In this document: one piece after another, positions 1 through 11,264 of the stretch
Layout of the letters: each line of letters starts with the position of its first letter
Position numbering within the stretch: position 1 is the stretch's first letter
NCBI GenBank assembly: GCA_013265495.1
Contig: MU058636.1
Location: forward strand, 7,394,295 to 7,458,294
Length of the DNA: 64,000 nucleotides
Source: Vicugna vicugna
Taxonomy: Eukaryota
Direction of reading: 5' to 3'
Position numbers and translations under genes: made by a program
The notes under the pieces: model-generated
Databases searched by the model: none
What the model saw: the letters and a program-made list of their open reading frames with translations, nothing else
What the model was told of the DNA's origin: nothing

Positions 1-502
1 TCTCAAATGGGCATTTCCAGCCACGCTAAACTATGCAGAATCCAAGTCAGACCCTTGGGGTGTGATTTGCAGCCAGCAGCCCCTCCCTTCAGGGACCTTA
101 TGGGCCAATTCTGATATAGATCTCTTCCAGTATCTTCCACGTCAACCTATAAAACAGTACCTTTTGAACAGGGCAGTTCAATCAATTAAAAAGTACAAGT
201 ACCTCTATCATTCAGCCCATATACTTTCAATCTTAGTTGAAGAGATTTCAAGAGGGCTCTGTCCAATGCACTGCTGAAATTCTCAGACCATCCCACAGCA
301 TTCTTCGGATCTGCCAGGTGGGTAACTATCAGTGAAAGGTAAGGGGAGGAGGCAGCCTTGTCATAGCCCTGTTGTCAGTGTATTGTACTAATTATGGTAA
401 AGCTATAACTGTGCAAATCTTAGACAGGCCAAAACAAACAAATAGAAATGAGTTTACTTATATCTCAAGTTCAAATAAAATCTGGACAACTCCAAACAAT
501 AT

Positions 503-925
503 TTGTTGGGGTTGAATTGTGTCCCTCCCCCACCTCTCCCATCAAAACAAACAAACAAAAAGATACGTTGAAGACCTGACCCTGGTACCTGTGAATGTGA
601 CCTTATTTGGAAATAGCATCTGTTTAGCAGATGCAACCAAGTTAAGATGAGGCCTTGCTGGATTCAGGTGAGCCCTAATCCAATACCTGGCATCCTTCCA
701 AGAAGAGGGCAGTTTGGACACAGAGAAGGCCACGCGGAGAACGGACACAGACACTAGACTGATGCTACGGCAAACCAGGGAGGCCAAGGATTGTCGGCAA
801 CCATTAGTAACTAGGAAGAGGCAAGCAGGATTTTTCCTTAGAACCTTCAGAAGGAGCCTAGCCCTTCCAGCACCTTGATCTTGAACATCTGGCCTCCTGA
901 ACCGTTAGAGAGTTAGTTTCTGCCG
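503..925 (+). mobile_element. MaLR solo LTR (MLT1B/C-like)
   Basis: Typical MLT1 blocks: gggttgaattgtgtccc, gaatgtgaccttatttggaaatag, ccctaatccaat, caccttgatcttgaacatctggcctcc. Confidence 0.85.
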
Positions 926-1469
926 GGTTTGTTTTTGTTTGTTGAAGACAGAGGTAGTTTCCATCACTGCTGACCTTCAGTTCTTCAGATGAGGAAGAAC
1001 CACTGATTGTTAAGGTGTCTGACTGCTTTGCCTTTTCAGCTTTGGAGAGATCAGGGCAAAAAACTATCAAGGAAATGGGTACTTTGTTATGACCCTAGGA
1101 AACCAATACAACACCTAAGCAAAAACACGTAAGCATAAACTTATGCCTCTTAGCACTGGGATCAAGACCCCTCAGGAAACGGTAAAAAGAGAGGATGAGC
1201 GAGATTTGGAGTCCTGAGCAGGGGGCAGGCATGGGAGGGGTGAAGTAACTGAGTGAAGAAACCAGCCAAGTGGGCTTTGAGGCGGGGGAGGTGGGGGCGA
1301 ACAGAAGGGGAAACCAGGAGCAGATGCCCCCCCCCCGCCCCCCGGGTGTGAGGTCGGCACTCCTCCACAAAAGCCCGTCACTTTTTAATGGCAACGAATC
1401 ACAAACTCATCAGTTTATCATCAATATACACGCAAAACCATGTTAAGCCTCCTGTCTCCAATTTGGCAT

Positions 1470-2790
1470 TTTCCTTGATGACGTTTCATCGTTTCTAAAT
1501 CAGACCACAAGCCACGCCGGGGAAGGATCCGCTGGCCTGTCTGTCTCTATATATAGCGCCAGGGCCGTAGCCACCATTTTCGAAGGAGCTAGGACTCCAG
1601 TGATTGATGACGATATTGCTAAAATGGTTACATTTTCAGCTGGAAGCAGGAAAGCATTTTTTTTCCATGTGAAAACTTCGGGGAGGGGGAGGCTCCCCTC
1701 GCAGTTTCTAATTACTGATCTGGCTCCACTGCAGCCCCGCGAAATAAACGTCCTTAACGGCAAGTTGCCGCCCTGGAAAGACCTTAAGAGCTGTCTCCAG
1801 AAGCTTTCCCAGCAGTAATTAGGGGGATGTATTATTGCTAATTCTGAACACACTGGGAGCTGGGTTAATTTTGAGAGCTAAAATAAAAAGTGCCGCCTTG
1901 TGGCAGAAGACCACTTCCGGCGCCATTCAGTCTAGCAGACCCTTCGGTCCGAAGACGGCCGGGCCCCTGTTGGCACTCCTTTGAGGAAGCCACTGTGGAG
2001 CAGGCCAAATGAAGCCTCGTCGTGCAAATACCGTTTAGCAAGTGCAGATAAGCTGGGCTAAATCATGCTCAGAGCACTTAAAAAAAGATTCCAATGTCAA
2101 TGCACCAGCACTAGAACAGGCTGTACAAGCCACAGGGAAACCGCGGTTGTCGGCGTGTGAATTTAGTCGCAGGGTGGGTTCATCCAAGGAAGCAAAATCT
2201 CAGTTTAGATTCCCTCTCTACCTCCTTCCTCTCGTCCACGTGTTTCCTTGAGGATGGGGGAGGACACTGTTACTCAGCAAATGTGTTTCACACCAAGAAA
2301 TGCTCGGGGTATATTCATCCCGGGAAAGGATGTGAAGTTCTCACTTTCTCACTAAAATAGTTCGGAGAGGTCCTCCAAAGGGCCAAGCCACACATGACGG
2401 GCACTGTCTCTGGTGCTTGTGGGCGCGCACACTGGTGTGCGTGTGGTGTGTGTATATATATATATACATTCTTATTAACGAGGAAGGTTTCTAAAAGGGA
2501 ATCACAAGGGGTTTTCTGGTATCTTTCTGATGTACTTTTCAGAAAGCCCCACTGCCCATCATCCCCGGTGAACACGAGTCGGCTGCAGCATCCGGGGTTG
2601 AGAGCATATTGTCAAGAGGAAAAGCCCAGCCCCAAGGCCACGCCCAGCAAGGCTGGGCCGGGGAGAGGCCCCAGGTCTACCTGGGGGCGGGGCAGAGACG
2701 GAGGGCTCGGGAACCGCAGGCCAACTCCACTGATTAGCAGCTGAGCCGGATTCCAGCTCGAGTCTGACAGGCTGCTTTCGGTATCAAAGC
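1470..2790. promoter_or_regulatory. CpG-enriched, repeat-free intronic segment; candidate enhancer/insulator
   Basis: CpGs are visibly denser than in the flanks. Motifs: MEF2 CTATATATAG (1547-1556), TAATTA sites, CTCF-like (1890-1906, minus), ETS ACTTCCGG abutting YY1-like CGCCATT (1913-1927). Function is inferred only. Confidence 0.4.
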
Positions 2791-3278
2791 CACAAGTGAC
2801 ACTTTCATTTCAGAACGCATCTGGTCTCTTGGACCGTTTTATCAGAAACAGCTATTTTCTTTAAATTGAAAGTCCAGGCCATTTATTTTTCTCCAAACTG
2901 TGCTGCTGGCTCTTCTGCCTGATTCTTAATATTCACTTGTTTTTGCACAACGCAAAGCTGTTTCATCTTGAAGAAGGGGTGGGGTGGGGCAGGCCCTCCC
3001 CGAGGACCTTATATGTGTGATAGATTTACATAAATCTTTGCCCCCAAAGGGCACGTCTATCAGAGATGAAGATGGAAGGTATTTAGAGAAAACTTACTTT
3101 AAGGGAAAGAGATACCAAATCACTCTCCCATTAAGGTTTTTGAACCAAAATAACTTAAATCTCTTCAAATGATGCATGTATATAAACTTTTATAGGGCAT
3201 TTAAAATTTTCAAGACTAAGGGGCAATCTCTTTTATTCTTACCCCTCTCTATGTGCCCTAAGTCATTTTAGTTGATTC

Positions 3279-3411
3279 TTTTTTTTTTTTTTTTTGCAGG
3301 GGGGAGGTAATTAGGTTATTTATTTGATTTTTCAGTGGAGGTACTGGGGATTGAACCCACTACCTCATGCATGCTAGGCATGCGCTCTACCACTTGAGCT
3401 ATACCCTCCCC
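3279..3411 (-). mobile_element. tRNA-derived SINE, camelid Vic-1-like
   Basis: Reverse complement is ggggagggtatagctcaagtggtagagcgcatgcctagcatgcatgaggtagtgggttcaatccccagtacctcc...aataaataacctaattacctcccc plus poly(A), with Pol III A and B boxes. Confidence 0.88.
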
Positions 3412-4416
3412 CATCCCTTAAAAATAATGAAATAATTGTAGTCTGTTTAAATGCATGCCGCTGGTCTGTATATGTGCATATAAACACATGTGACTGTGCA
3501 TCAGAACAGCAGCAGTACTGGTGTGGGACCCACTACGTCACATCCCTTATCCCATCATGTTAGTGAGCCAGTATTTCTCATCCACGGGGTCAAAAGTTCA
3601 CTAATTTATCTGCTTTCCTCTAAGCAAGAAATTTGTTATCACTTCAGAAAGCATTTCCAACCAGCAACAATTTGAATTGTCAACAAATAGGTACCATTTC
3701 CCTAATCAAATCAGAAGTAATTTTATCCAGGAAAGGTCTCTCTGTTCAGGGCCATAATCTTCCCTGCGATGCCATTAAGATTCCAAGATGATTTATGGTA
3801 TCAAAAACCATCACCTTTCACATTCATTTCCGAAGATGCATCGTTCCCTCTTCATCAACTGTCCCTTCTCTATTACAGAAAATCACATTTCATTGTTAAT
3901 GGAAGGAAGCTACCCTCTTTTTTTTTTTTTTTGATCCCTCACAGATGCTAATGCTGTACAAATTCTGAACTATTTAAAGGAAAAGGATATGAAGCCAACT
4001 TTCTCATTTAGGAACTAAAGGATAAAGGAGGCCATGTGAAAGCTGAGTCTAGACACATACTCAATAATTTGATGATTACACATTTTTCAGCTATACTTTT
4101 TGAGAAACATATATAATTGAAAATGTAGACATCTGTACCATGATTTTCTATAGAACATTCATTTAGTTCTGAAATGGTTATAAATTAGCCATTGGTAATT
4201 TACTCCTTTAAATGATTTAACCTTTCCAATGATCATTTCATCTGTTTTCTATATAAAAAAAAATCAAAGAAATTCGAGATATGGAAAAGCCATGTTGGTT
4301 GAGGATCTGAAACTGATTTGGTAGCTTTCGGGTTGACATAATTTTGGCCTGGTGCAGCTCATTTTGGAAAGCTGCCTCAAATTTCCCCTGGTTTTGAACT
4401 TTTTTTTTTTCCTTAC

Positions 4417-4516
4417 CACTTTCATCTAGCAAGAAATCATCCTGGTAACGGAACTTCTCCGGTCCACATGCAATAAAAATGTCATCGTCACCAAAAAAGT
4501 CTTGAAGGCACATCAC
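4417..4516 (-). CDS. DCLK1: Internal coding exon of doublecortin-like kinase 1 (end of second DCX domain; probably equivalent to human exon 4)
   Basis: Minus strand reads cttttctcttgtag|GTG ATG TGC...GAT GAA AGT G|gtaagg: 100 nt, phase 0 in, phase 1 out. The peptide [33 protein letters not shown] matches DCLK1 as I recall it. DCX and DCLK2 have VTCL...DDDVFI...FRYAQDDF instead. Confidence 0.96.
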
Positions 4517-6185
4517 CTACAAGAGAAAAGCATGACACTCAGCAAGGGGTCATCAGAACAGCAATTACAACAATGCGTCTCTGCAAGTGGACATCTGCAT
4601 AAAGCCACTTCCCATCTAATGGAATCAACAGGGCAACTTCTCCAGAGGAATTTCAAAAGCGGGTTTCGAGCATCTGTTACTAGTAAGAAACATGTTACGT
4701 CTCGGTGGTGCAGGAAGACGGGATAAGGAAAATAGAACCAGCAACTGTCACATTTATGACTTGATATATCAATAGGCTATGAGGTAAGAGCCCTTTGTTT
4801 TCATAACAGAGCGGATGCAGCAACATGTGATGAAGGAACGCTCCTTTACTCTTCCGAATGCAATATTCCGTGATGGCAAGAAAAGTCAGCATGTGATTTT
4901 AGCAAATGAATATGTTTTTCAGTGACTGATGCCACAGTTGCCATGCACATGATGATCACTGGGGTAATCACCTCTTTTAGACCCATGACTTCTACCTCTG
5001 GTTGACACAAAAATAGCACCCTTCATAAAAGGAATAATAGTAAGTTATTTCTGAGCTTTAGATATGGCAATAAGGCAACTACATGCCCTTCCACTCAAAC
5101 TGTGTGGAACTATAACATCCTCAGGGGCTCCCCGACTTGCAGTCACACAAAGGGAAAGTTTTAAAACAACCTTGGGATATTTATTCAACTTCTTCTCCAA
5201 AAAGAACATTGAGAGTGAAATGTCGTTTTTCAAGTACATGTGGTCAAGATAAATAATTTCAAGCATTGCTCTCTGTCTGTGGATATGTGGTGTAATATTT
5301 TTGTTCTTGTTCACAGTATGTCTGATGCCAGCAGAAGGCACTGAAAACACTGCTGATTTCTACCTATTTTCAATTTTCTTTGACTACTTGGAGTAAATCA
5401 TAAAGTGGTCTACTGAAGGCACCATTCAGAGCTGTATGAAATAGACATTCTTATTTAACTGCTGCATTTTCCCTTGGATATTAGAGGACCAGAGACAAGC
5501 CTTCCTGTCTCTGATGTGAGCTATCTGTGTTTCCTATGAACCCCTCCCTTATCCTTTGGTAGTTTTATCCACAGAGCCTCTCTGGGGTTCTGCTCCCTCC
5601 TACAGCACCACCCTGACAAGTCCAAGGTGTTGTAAGACTTACAGAAGTTAAGGTGGGAGAACGCAGCATCATTTAGAGTCCCAAATGAAGTGACGTGCAG
5701 GCTTCAGATAGTTTTTCCAAATCATCACTTATTGCTGAGGTTTTGAGAATGCTAGTTCTCTAACAGTTTGATAGTAAGCATGGAGTATGAGTGAGGCACA
5801 GTCAGTGCTTATTCTGTCTGTAAAAGCTTGAAGACAAGCTTTAAAGAGGTGATTTAAAGATTTAAAGAGGGACACTGCAATCATCGAGCTAGATGGACAG
5901 AAGGTCTTCAAGAGTGTGTCGGAAGCTCTGATCGCCCACTTGGGTTATAGACAGGCCCTTTGAATTCAGAACCCACTCTCTGTTTCTCTCCTCTCTTTCT
6001 GTCCAGTTCCAACCATGACGCTGTTCATTTGTACCTTCATGACACAGCATTCCCACCCCAGCTTACTGGGTCTGCACTGGTGTCATCCCAGCCAGCTCTA
6101 TACAGGCCGACTTCACTTTATGTGCATCAGTCTGCACTGTGCTGCCTCTGTGTCTGTTAGCACAAAGTATATGCATACAAAAACG

Positions 6186-6695
6186 ATACAGTGGAATACT
6201 ACTCATACAATGGAATACTACTCAGCCATAAAAAAGAATAAAACCGCCATTTACAGCAACATAGATGGACCTGGAGATTGTCATTTTAAGTGAAGGAAGC
6301 CAGAAAGAGAAAGAAAAACACCATATGATATCATTCATATGTGAAATCTAAAAGACAAAAAGAAAAGAAACAAAAAAGAGGATACTAATGAACTCATCTG
6401 CAAAACAGAAACAGACTTGCAGACATAATAAACACTCTTATGGTTACCGAGGGAAAGAGGGTGGGAACAGATTTGGGAGTTTGAGATTTGCAAATGTTAA
6501 CCACTATATATAAAAACCGATAGGAAACAAATTTCTTCTGTATAGCACAGGGAACTAAATTCAATCTCTTGTAATAATCTTTAATGAAAAAGAATATGAG
6601 AACAAATATATGTATGTATATGCGTGACTGGGACTTTATGCTGTACACCTTGAACTGACACGTTGTAACTGACTATACTTCAATTTAAAAAAAAA
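6186..6695 (+). mobile_element. 5'-truncated LINE-1 (ORF2 C-terminus, 3' UTR, poly(A))
   Basis: tggaatactactcagccataaaaaag (MEYYSAIKK), artiodactyl-type 3' UTR (tatagcacagggaact), A tail at about 6687-6694. Confidence 0.92.
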
Positions 6696-8784
6696 GAATA
6701 AGACATGGTCTCTCTCTAAGGCAAAAATGTGAACAATAAAACTTAAAAAGTAGTATTTCCTAAAGTAAATATGATTAATAGCTTTTGTGCCAAAAAAGGT
6801 TTATGCCAAAGAGACTTGGGAAATACTGTGTTTCTCCAATGTAAACAGGTCTCTGTATTTCTGGTCTTCTCAAAACCCATAATGTGCTAATATACACCAC
6901 AACTCCAAAGAGAAGATAGAAAAATACAGTATTTCCTAGACTTATTTGATTCTGGAACTCTTCCCACACAGCATGCTGTAAACTAATGTTTGACAGGGTC
7001 CCTTTGGCACCGTGCTGACAGCCATCAGTGGAAAGAACACTTAGAAGATGCAAAGGAGAGGACTCACCCATTCTTGTCCTGGGCAGCCCTGGTTCTCTGG
7101 TTGCTGCATATTTGTTAATTTTTAACTCATTCAAACGTCTATGCTGGGCCTGCTGTGTGCCAGGCTCTGTGCCAAACATGATGTCGACAAATCTCTGAGA
7201 GATGAAAAATACTGTTTTCCAAAAACAAATTGCCCTTTCTTTCCCCATATTCCCAATACTTGCCTTTCAGAACATCAGACAGCTAACAGATCACACTCAT
7301 CTACGTGTGCCTGTTTCATGCTGCTGCTTAGTGGACAAATGACTCCCCTCAACCTTGGGACATATTATAAGCCAGTTGCCAGCCAATATCCCTCCCCATC
7401 ACAGACCCATGACCTGCCCCCTCTCCAGGCCTGAGACTCAGAGACGGACTCCGAGAGCAGAACAGACAACGGGGCAGCTTGGACGGTGTAGGTATAATTC
7501 TGTTGGCAAGTCGAACTGAAACATGATGAACTTTTGATGTTGTTTCCAACTCCAGGATTCCAAGAACATAAAAGGAACGCAGTGATGATTAAGGAAAAGT
7601 AACTGTCATCACCCAGCACAGAAAAGACAGAGGAAACATCCTTCCAATGCCAGGCAACATGTATTCATTTACCTCTCAATCTTCAGTGACTGAAATCAAA
7701 GAATTTGTTCAACTGTCAGAAACCGTGATGTTTTCTGTGCTTTCTGTTCTGGCATCGTTTAGCCATTTCCCTGATCACAACCTCCCACCAGAGAGGGTGG
7801 GTAGGGTCAGTAGATCAAATTCAAATGTATAAAGCCACTCCTTGTTAGAAGCCTTGGCAAAAGATTTGATAGCAAAGGAGCCTTAAACACAAGGTTACAA
7901 TAAAGATGGATTTAGGATAATTTAAGCACTTCAATTATCCATGCTCTCTCTATCATTGATCCAGAGGTAGCTAGAGATGTATTCCATCTAACAATAAAGA
8001 GTAACAGAGTAAGATTTATAACCCTTTTCTCTAGGCCAATATATTTTGAGAATTTTCCTTTAGGCATTACTGTACACCCTGATATCAAAGGACTAGAAAT
8101 GATAGAGAAATGTAAAACCAATGTTGTGCAGAATGATCTAATTTTATATATCTACACAGTGTTAGTCCTTTTTAAATTTGAGGTTCTCAAAAGTCAGAGT
8201 GGTAACCAGCTTTGAGAAAAAAGTTCCACTTATGGATTAAAAAAACACGCTCCTGGCTATAATAGGATAAGTGGCAGTTGACCTATCCTTTCACGAACTC
8301 TCCCGCTGGTAGGTATCAGATGTTGGAAGTATCCATCAAGATTAGATCCAGGGAAGAAGCAAAGGCAGAGATATCAAGTTTGAGAAAAGACAGACATCCA
8401 ACCTGTTCCTGCTTTGCCTCCCAGAAGAGCTAGTCTCCACTGTCTCCACGGACATGGATTCTGCTTCTGCAACATCTCCTGAACCCAGGCCTTTCCTGCC
8501 CCCACCTTCACCCCATCACCACGTCCGTCCAGAGCTTAGCCTCCTACCTGTGGACCCTGGCATGTCCCACTCATGGTTTTTCTTACTCCCACCTCCTTTC
8601 TCCTCAATCGATCCTATTTAATTCTCTTAAGTCTTTTTTTCTTAGTAAAATTCCACCATCTCTATGGCTCAGAAAAGGATCAATGGCTTATCATTATGTT
8701 AAAGTTCATCTTTGAGCTTGGCATTTCAGACTCTTCAAAATCTGGTTCCAACCTACCTTTCAAGTCTATGGTAGTTTTAGCCAG

Positions 8785-8840
8785 GACATGGTACCCGATA
8801 CTTAATAAGCATTTCTTGGATGGATGGATGGATGGATCAA
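8785..8840 (+). mobile_element. L2 3' tail with (TGGA)n
   Basis: ggacatggtacccgatacttaataagcatttcttggatggatgg resembles the L2 3' terminus. Confidence 0.55.
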
Positions 8841-9094
8841 TGTGAGGACTATGCTGTAACCTGAAACCTGTTCCAATTTATCTGCTTTACTTATTCTTCT
8901 TGGAAAAGGGCCTTTTCTTTCCCACTTGTGTGTGGCTTTGGTATAAATTTTTTTCTTTCCCATTAGGTATTCCCTCCTACTAACTCTTTGGCTATTCAGA
9001 TCCCTCCTATGACTCAAGGCTCAGTTGAAGAGCCAAGCCCTACCTTCTCTATCCACTCCAATCCAGAGCGACTCACCTTTGCTCTGAATCCCCA

Positions 9095-9165
9095 GTCATC
9101 ATTCAATACATGTTTATTAGACACCTACTATTTGCCAGCCACCGTGCTAGGCCTTGAGAATACGG
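9095..9165 (-). mobile_element. L2 3' end fragment
   Basis: tcattcaatacatgtttattagacacctactatttgccagccaccgtgctagg. Confidence 0.65.
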
Positions 9166-10319
9166 CTGCCCTCATCCTTCACCTCTTCATTTCCAGCACA
9201 TATGTGCACAGACTCACACACCAAAGATCCTAACACACTATTGTGAATTAGTATTTCAGCAGAGAGTAACCTGCATTACCTCCTAGTGGTGTGTCGTGGG
9301 TCTGGAGTCATGTGGCTGGGTGGTGGATCTTGATCTGTCATTACCACTGACTTGAGCAAGTCTGTTACTAAAGCTGCTAAACTTAGGGCCAAGACAGCGT
9401 CTCCCTCTCAGTATGATCCTGTGGCACAGTGGAAACATCTGCTCTGGCGTGGTTTCCCCAGAGCGCAGTCCCGTTGTCAAAGTCCAGGCTCTGCATTTAC
9501 CCAGCTCTGCCCTTGAGATGTTCATCTCTTTGTGCCTCAGTTTTTCATATTGATTGTTTTAAGAATGTGAATCTGAAGAGAGTAAGTCCTCAATAAACTT
9601 TTGCTATTTTTATTAGCCCAAATGTGGTTTTACTTCCAAATAAGTATAAACCAAATGTATATCTAATATAAAGAATTTTTTAAAAAATAGTATGTAGTTC
9701 CTGGGAGCCATACCAACAGGCTTCTTTTCTAAGTAGAATTGGGTCAAGTGTAGCATATGGATCCCCCTTCTCACTTTGGGAATAAGGATTCTAGCTACTG
9801 GTGTAACTGTTTTGGTGAAAGCAGCCTTTGAATTAGCATCAGAGAATTGGTGCAAAGCTGGCAGAAGTTGTTAGCAAGAGGCTGGCTTCATGCCTCTGAT
9901 TTCCATCAGATTTCCACTAAAATGATGCCATGAAACTCATCTGCAAATATATTCACCTGCTCCCACTGGTATAAACAGTTCTATGAACCTTTGTCTTAAA
10001 ACTTTTAGTTTTGGGGGAACCAGAGATTTGTATTCCTCTGTGAAAAGTGTCTTCTGTTGAAATGTCCCTACACTAGAGAAGAAATTATATGTGTATTACG
10101 TGCAATTCATAAAGGAGGTAATCAGTTTATGGCACACAATGCTCTATAATCCATCAATTAATTTTCCATTCTCACCTAATACTTTGGTTATTACATGAAA
10201 AAACTAACCTCAAATAAAAACATTTCGTCATTGCATCAGAGTTTATCCCTGATGGTGATTAGCATAATGCCATACCCCCTGTATTTCAAATAACATGGGT
10301 GACTGTAATTGCCAGATGT

Positions 10320-10480
10320 GCTGGAAAAAGCCTTTGGATGAGGATCAGGATACCGAGGTTCTAAGCCCAGATTTGCTGTAATCATTGAATAGACTTGGAC
10401 TAGTTACTTAAATTCTCTTGCTTATCAGTTTTTATAACAGTTCTATACTTTACCACAGTAATGATATGATGAAAATATAA
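10320..10480 (+). mobile_element. MIR SINE (degenerate)
   Basis: ggttctaagcccag...gacttggactagttacttaaattctct...tcagttt core. Confidence 0.6.
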
Positions 10481-10812
10481 AGAAAAGGTGAAAATTCTCT
10501 TTTTGGTGTGATACAACAAGAATAGTTCTATATATATTTCTACATTTAGTCTTCAATATACATTAGTACATTTAAGCCTCTCTGCTATGAAGGACACAAA
10601 CTGTTAGGCAATAGTTAGAGGTTATTAGTATCCCATTTAACAATCTTAGCCAGATCAAACATAAGATCAATAGGAATCTGAAGCCAGGTCAGCTAGAATT
10701 CAAATGTAGGCTCTTAACCACCAAGCTACAAGAACACAAGTCTATTCAAATGCATAAGAACATCTAACCGTTACGTCTGGGTATTTTAAATTTCAGTTAA
10801 TAAAACCATTTA

Positions 10813-11264
10813 GCACTACTCAGCCATAAAAACCAACAACATAACGCCCTTTGCAGCAACATGGATGCTCCTGGAGAATGTCATTCTAAGTGAAGTAAGC
10901 CAGAAAGAGAAAGAAAAATGCTCTATGAGATCGCTCATATGTGGAATCTAAAAAACAAAAACAAACAAACAAAGCATAAATACAGAACAGAAACAGACTC
11001 ATTGACATAGAATATAAACTTGTGGTTGCCAAGGGGGCGGAGGGTGGGAAGGGATAGACGGGATTTCAAAATTGGAGAATAGATAAACAAGATTATACTG
11101 TAAAGCACTGGGAAATATACACAAGATCTTATGGTAGCTCACAGAGAAAAAAAATGTGACAATGAATATATATATGTTCATGTGTAACTGAAAAATTGTG
11201 CTCTACACTGGAATTTGACACAACATTGTAAAATTATTATAAATCAACAAAAAAGTTAAAAAAA
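10813..11264 (+). mobile_element. Young (camelid-type) LINE-1 3' fragment
   Basis: tactcagccataaaaacc...gcagcaacatggatgctcctggagaatgtcattctaagtgaagtaagccag; the 3' UTR is closely similar to the copies at 59485 and 60572. Confidence 0.93.

Larger units (their letters stand above)
1..4416 (-). other. DCLK1: 5' part of the DCLK1 intron downstream of the exon
   Basis: Donor GTAAGG at 4416-4411. The next exon (ECRVVKS...) is not seen. Confidence 0.85.

Noticed and set aside
4238..4516. 92-aa ORF as a standalone gene
   Set aside because: Only the first 33 codons are exonic; the GTG start is the exon's first codon and the rest is intron.
6775..7248. 157-aa minus-strand ORF as an alternative DCLK1 exon
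   Set aside because: No homology recognised, it includes an L2-like tail near 7125-7180, and I identified no convincing splice boundaries.
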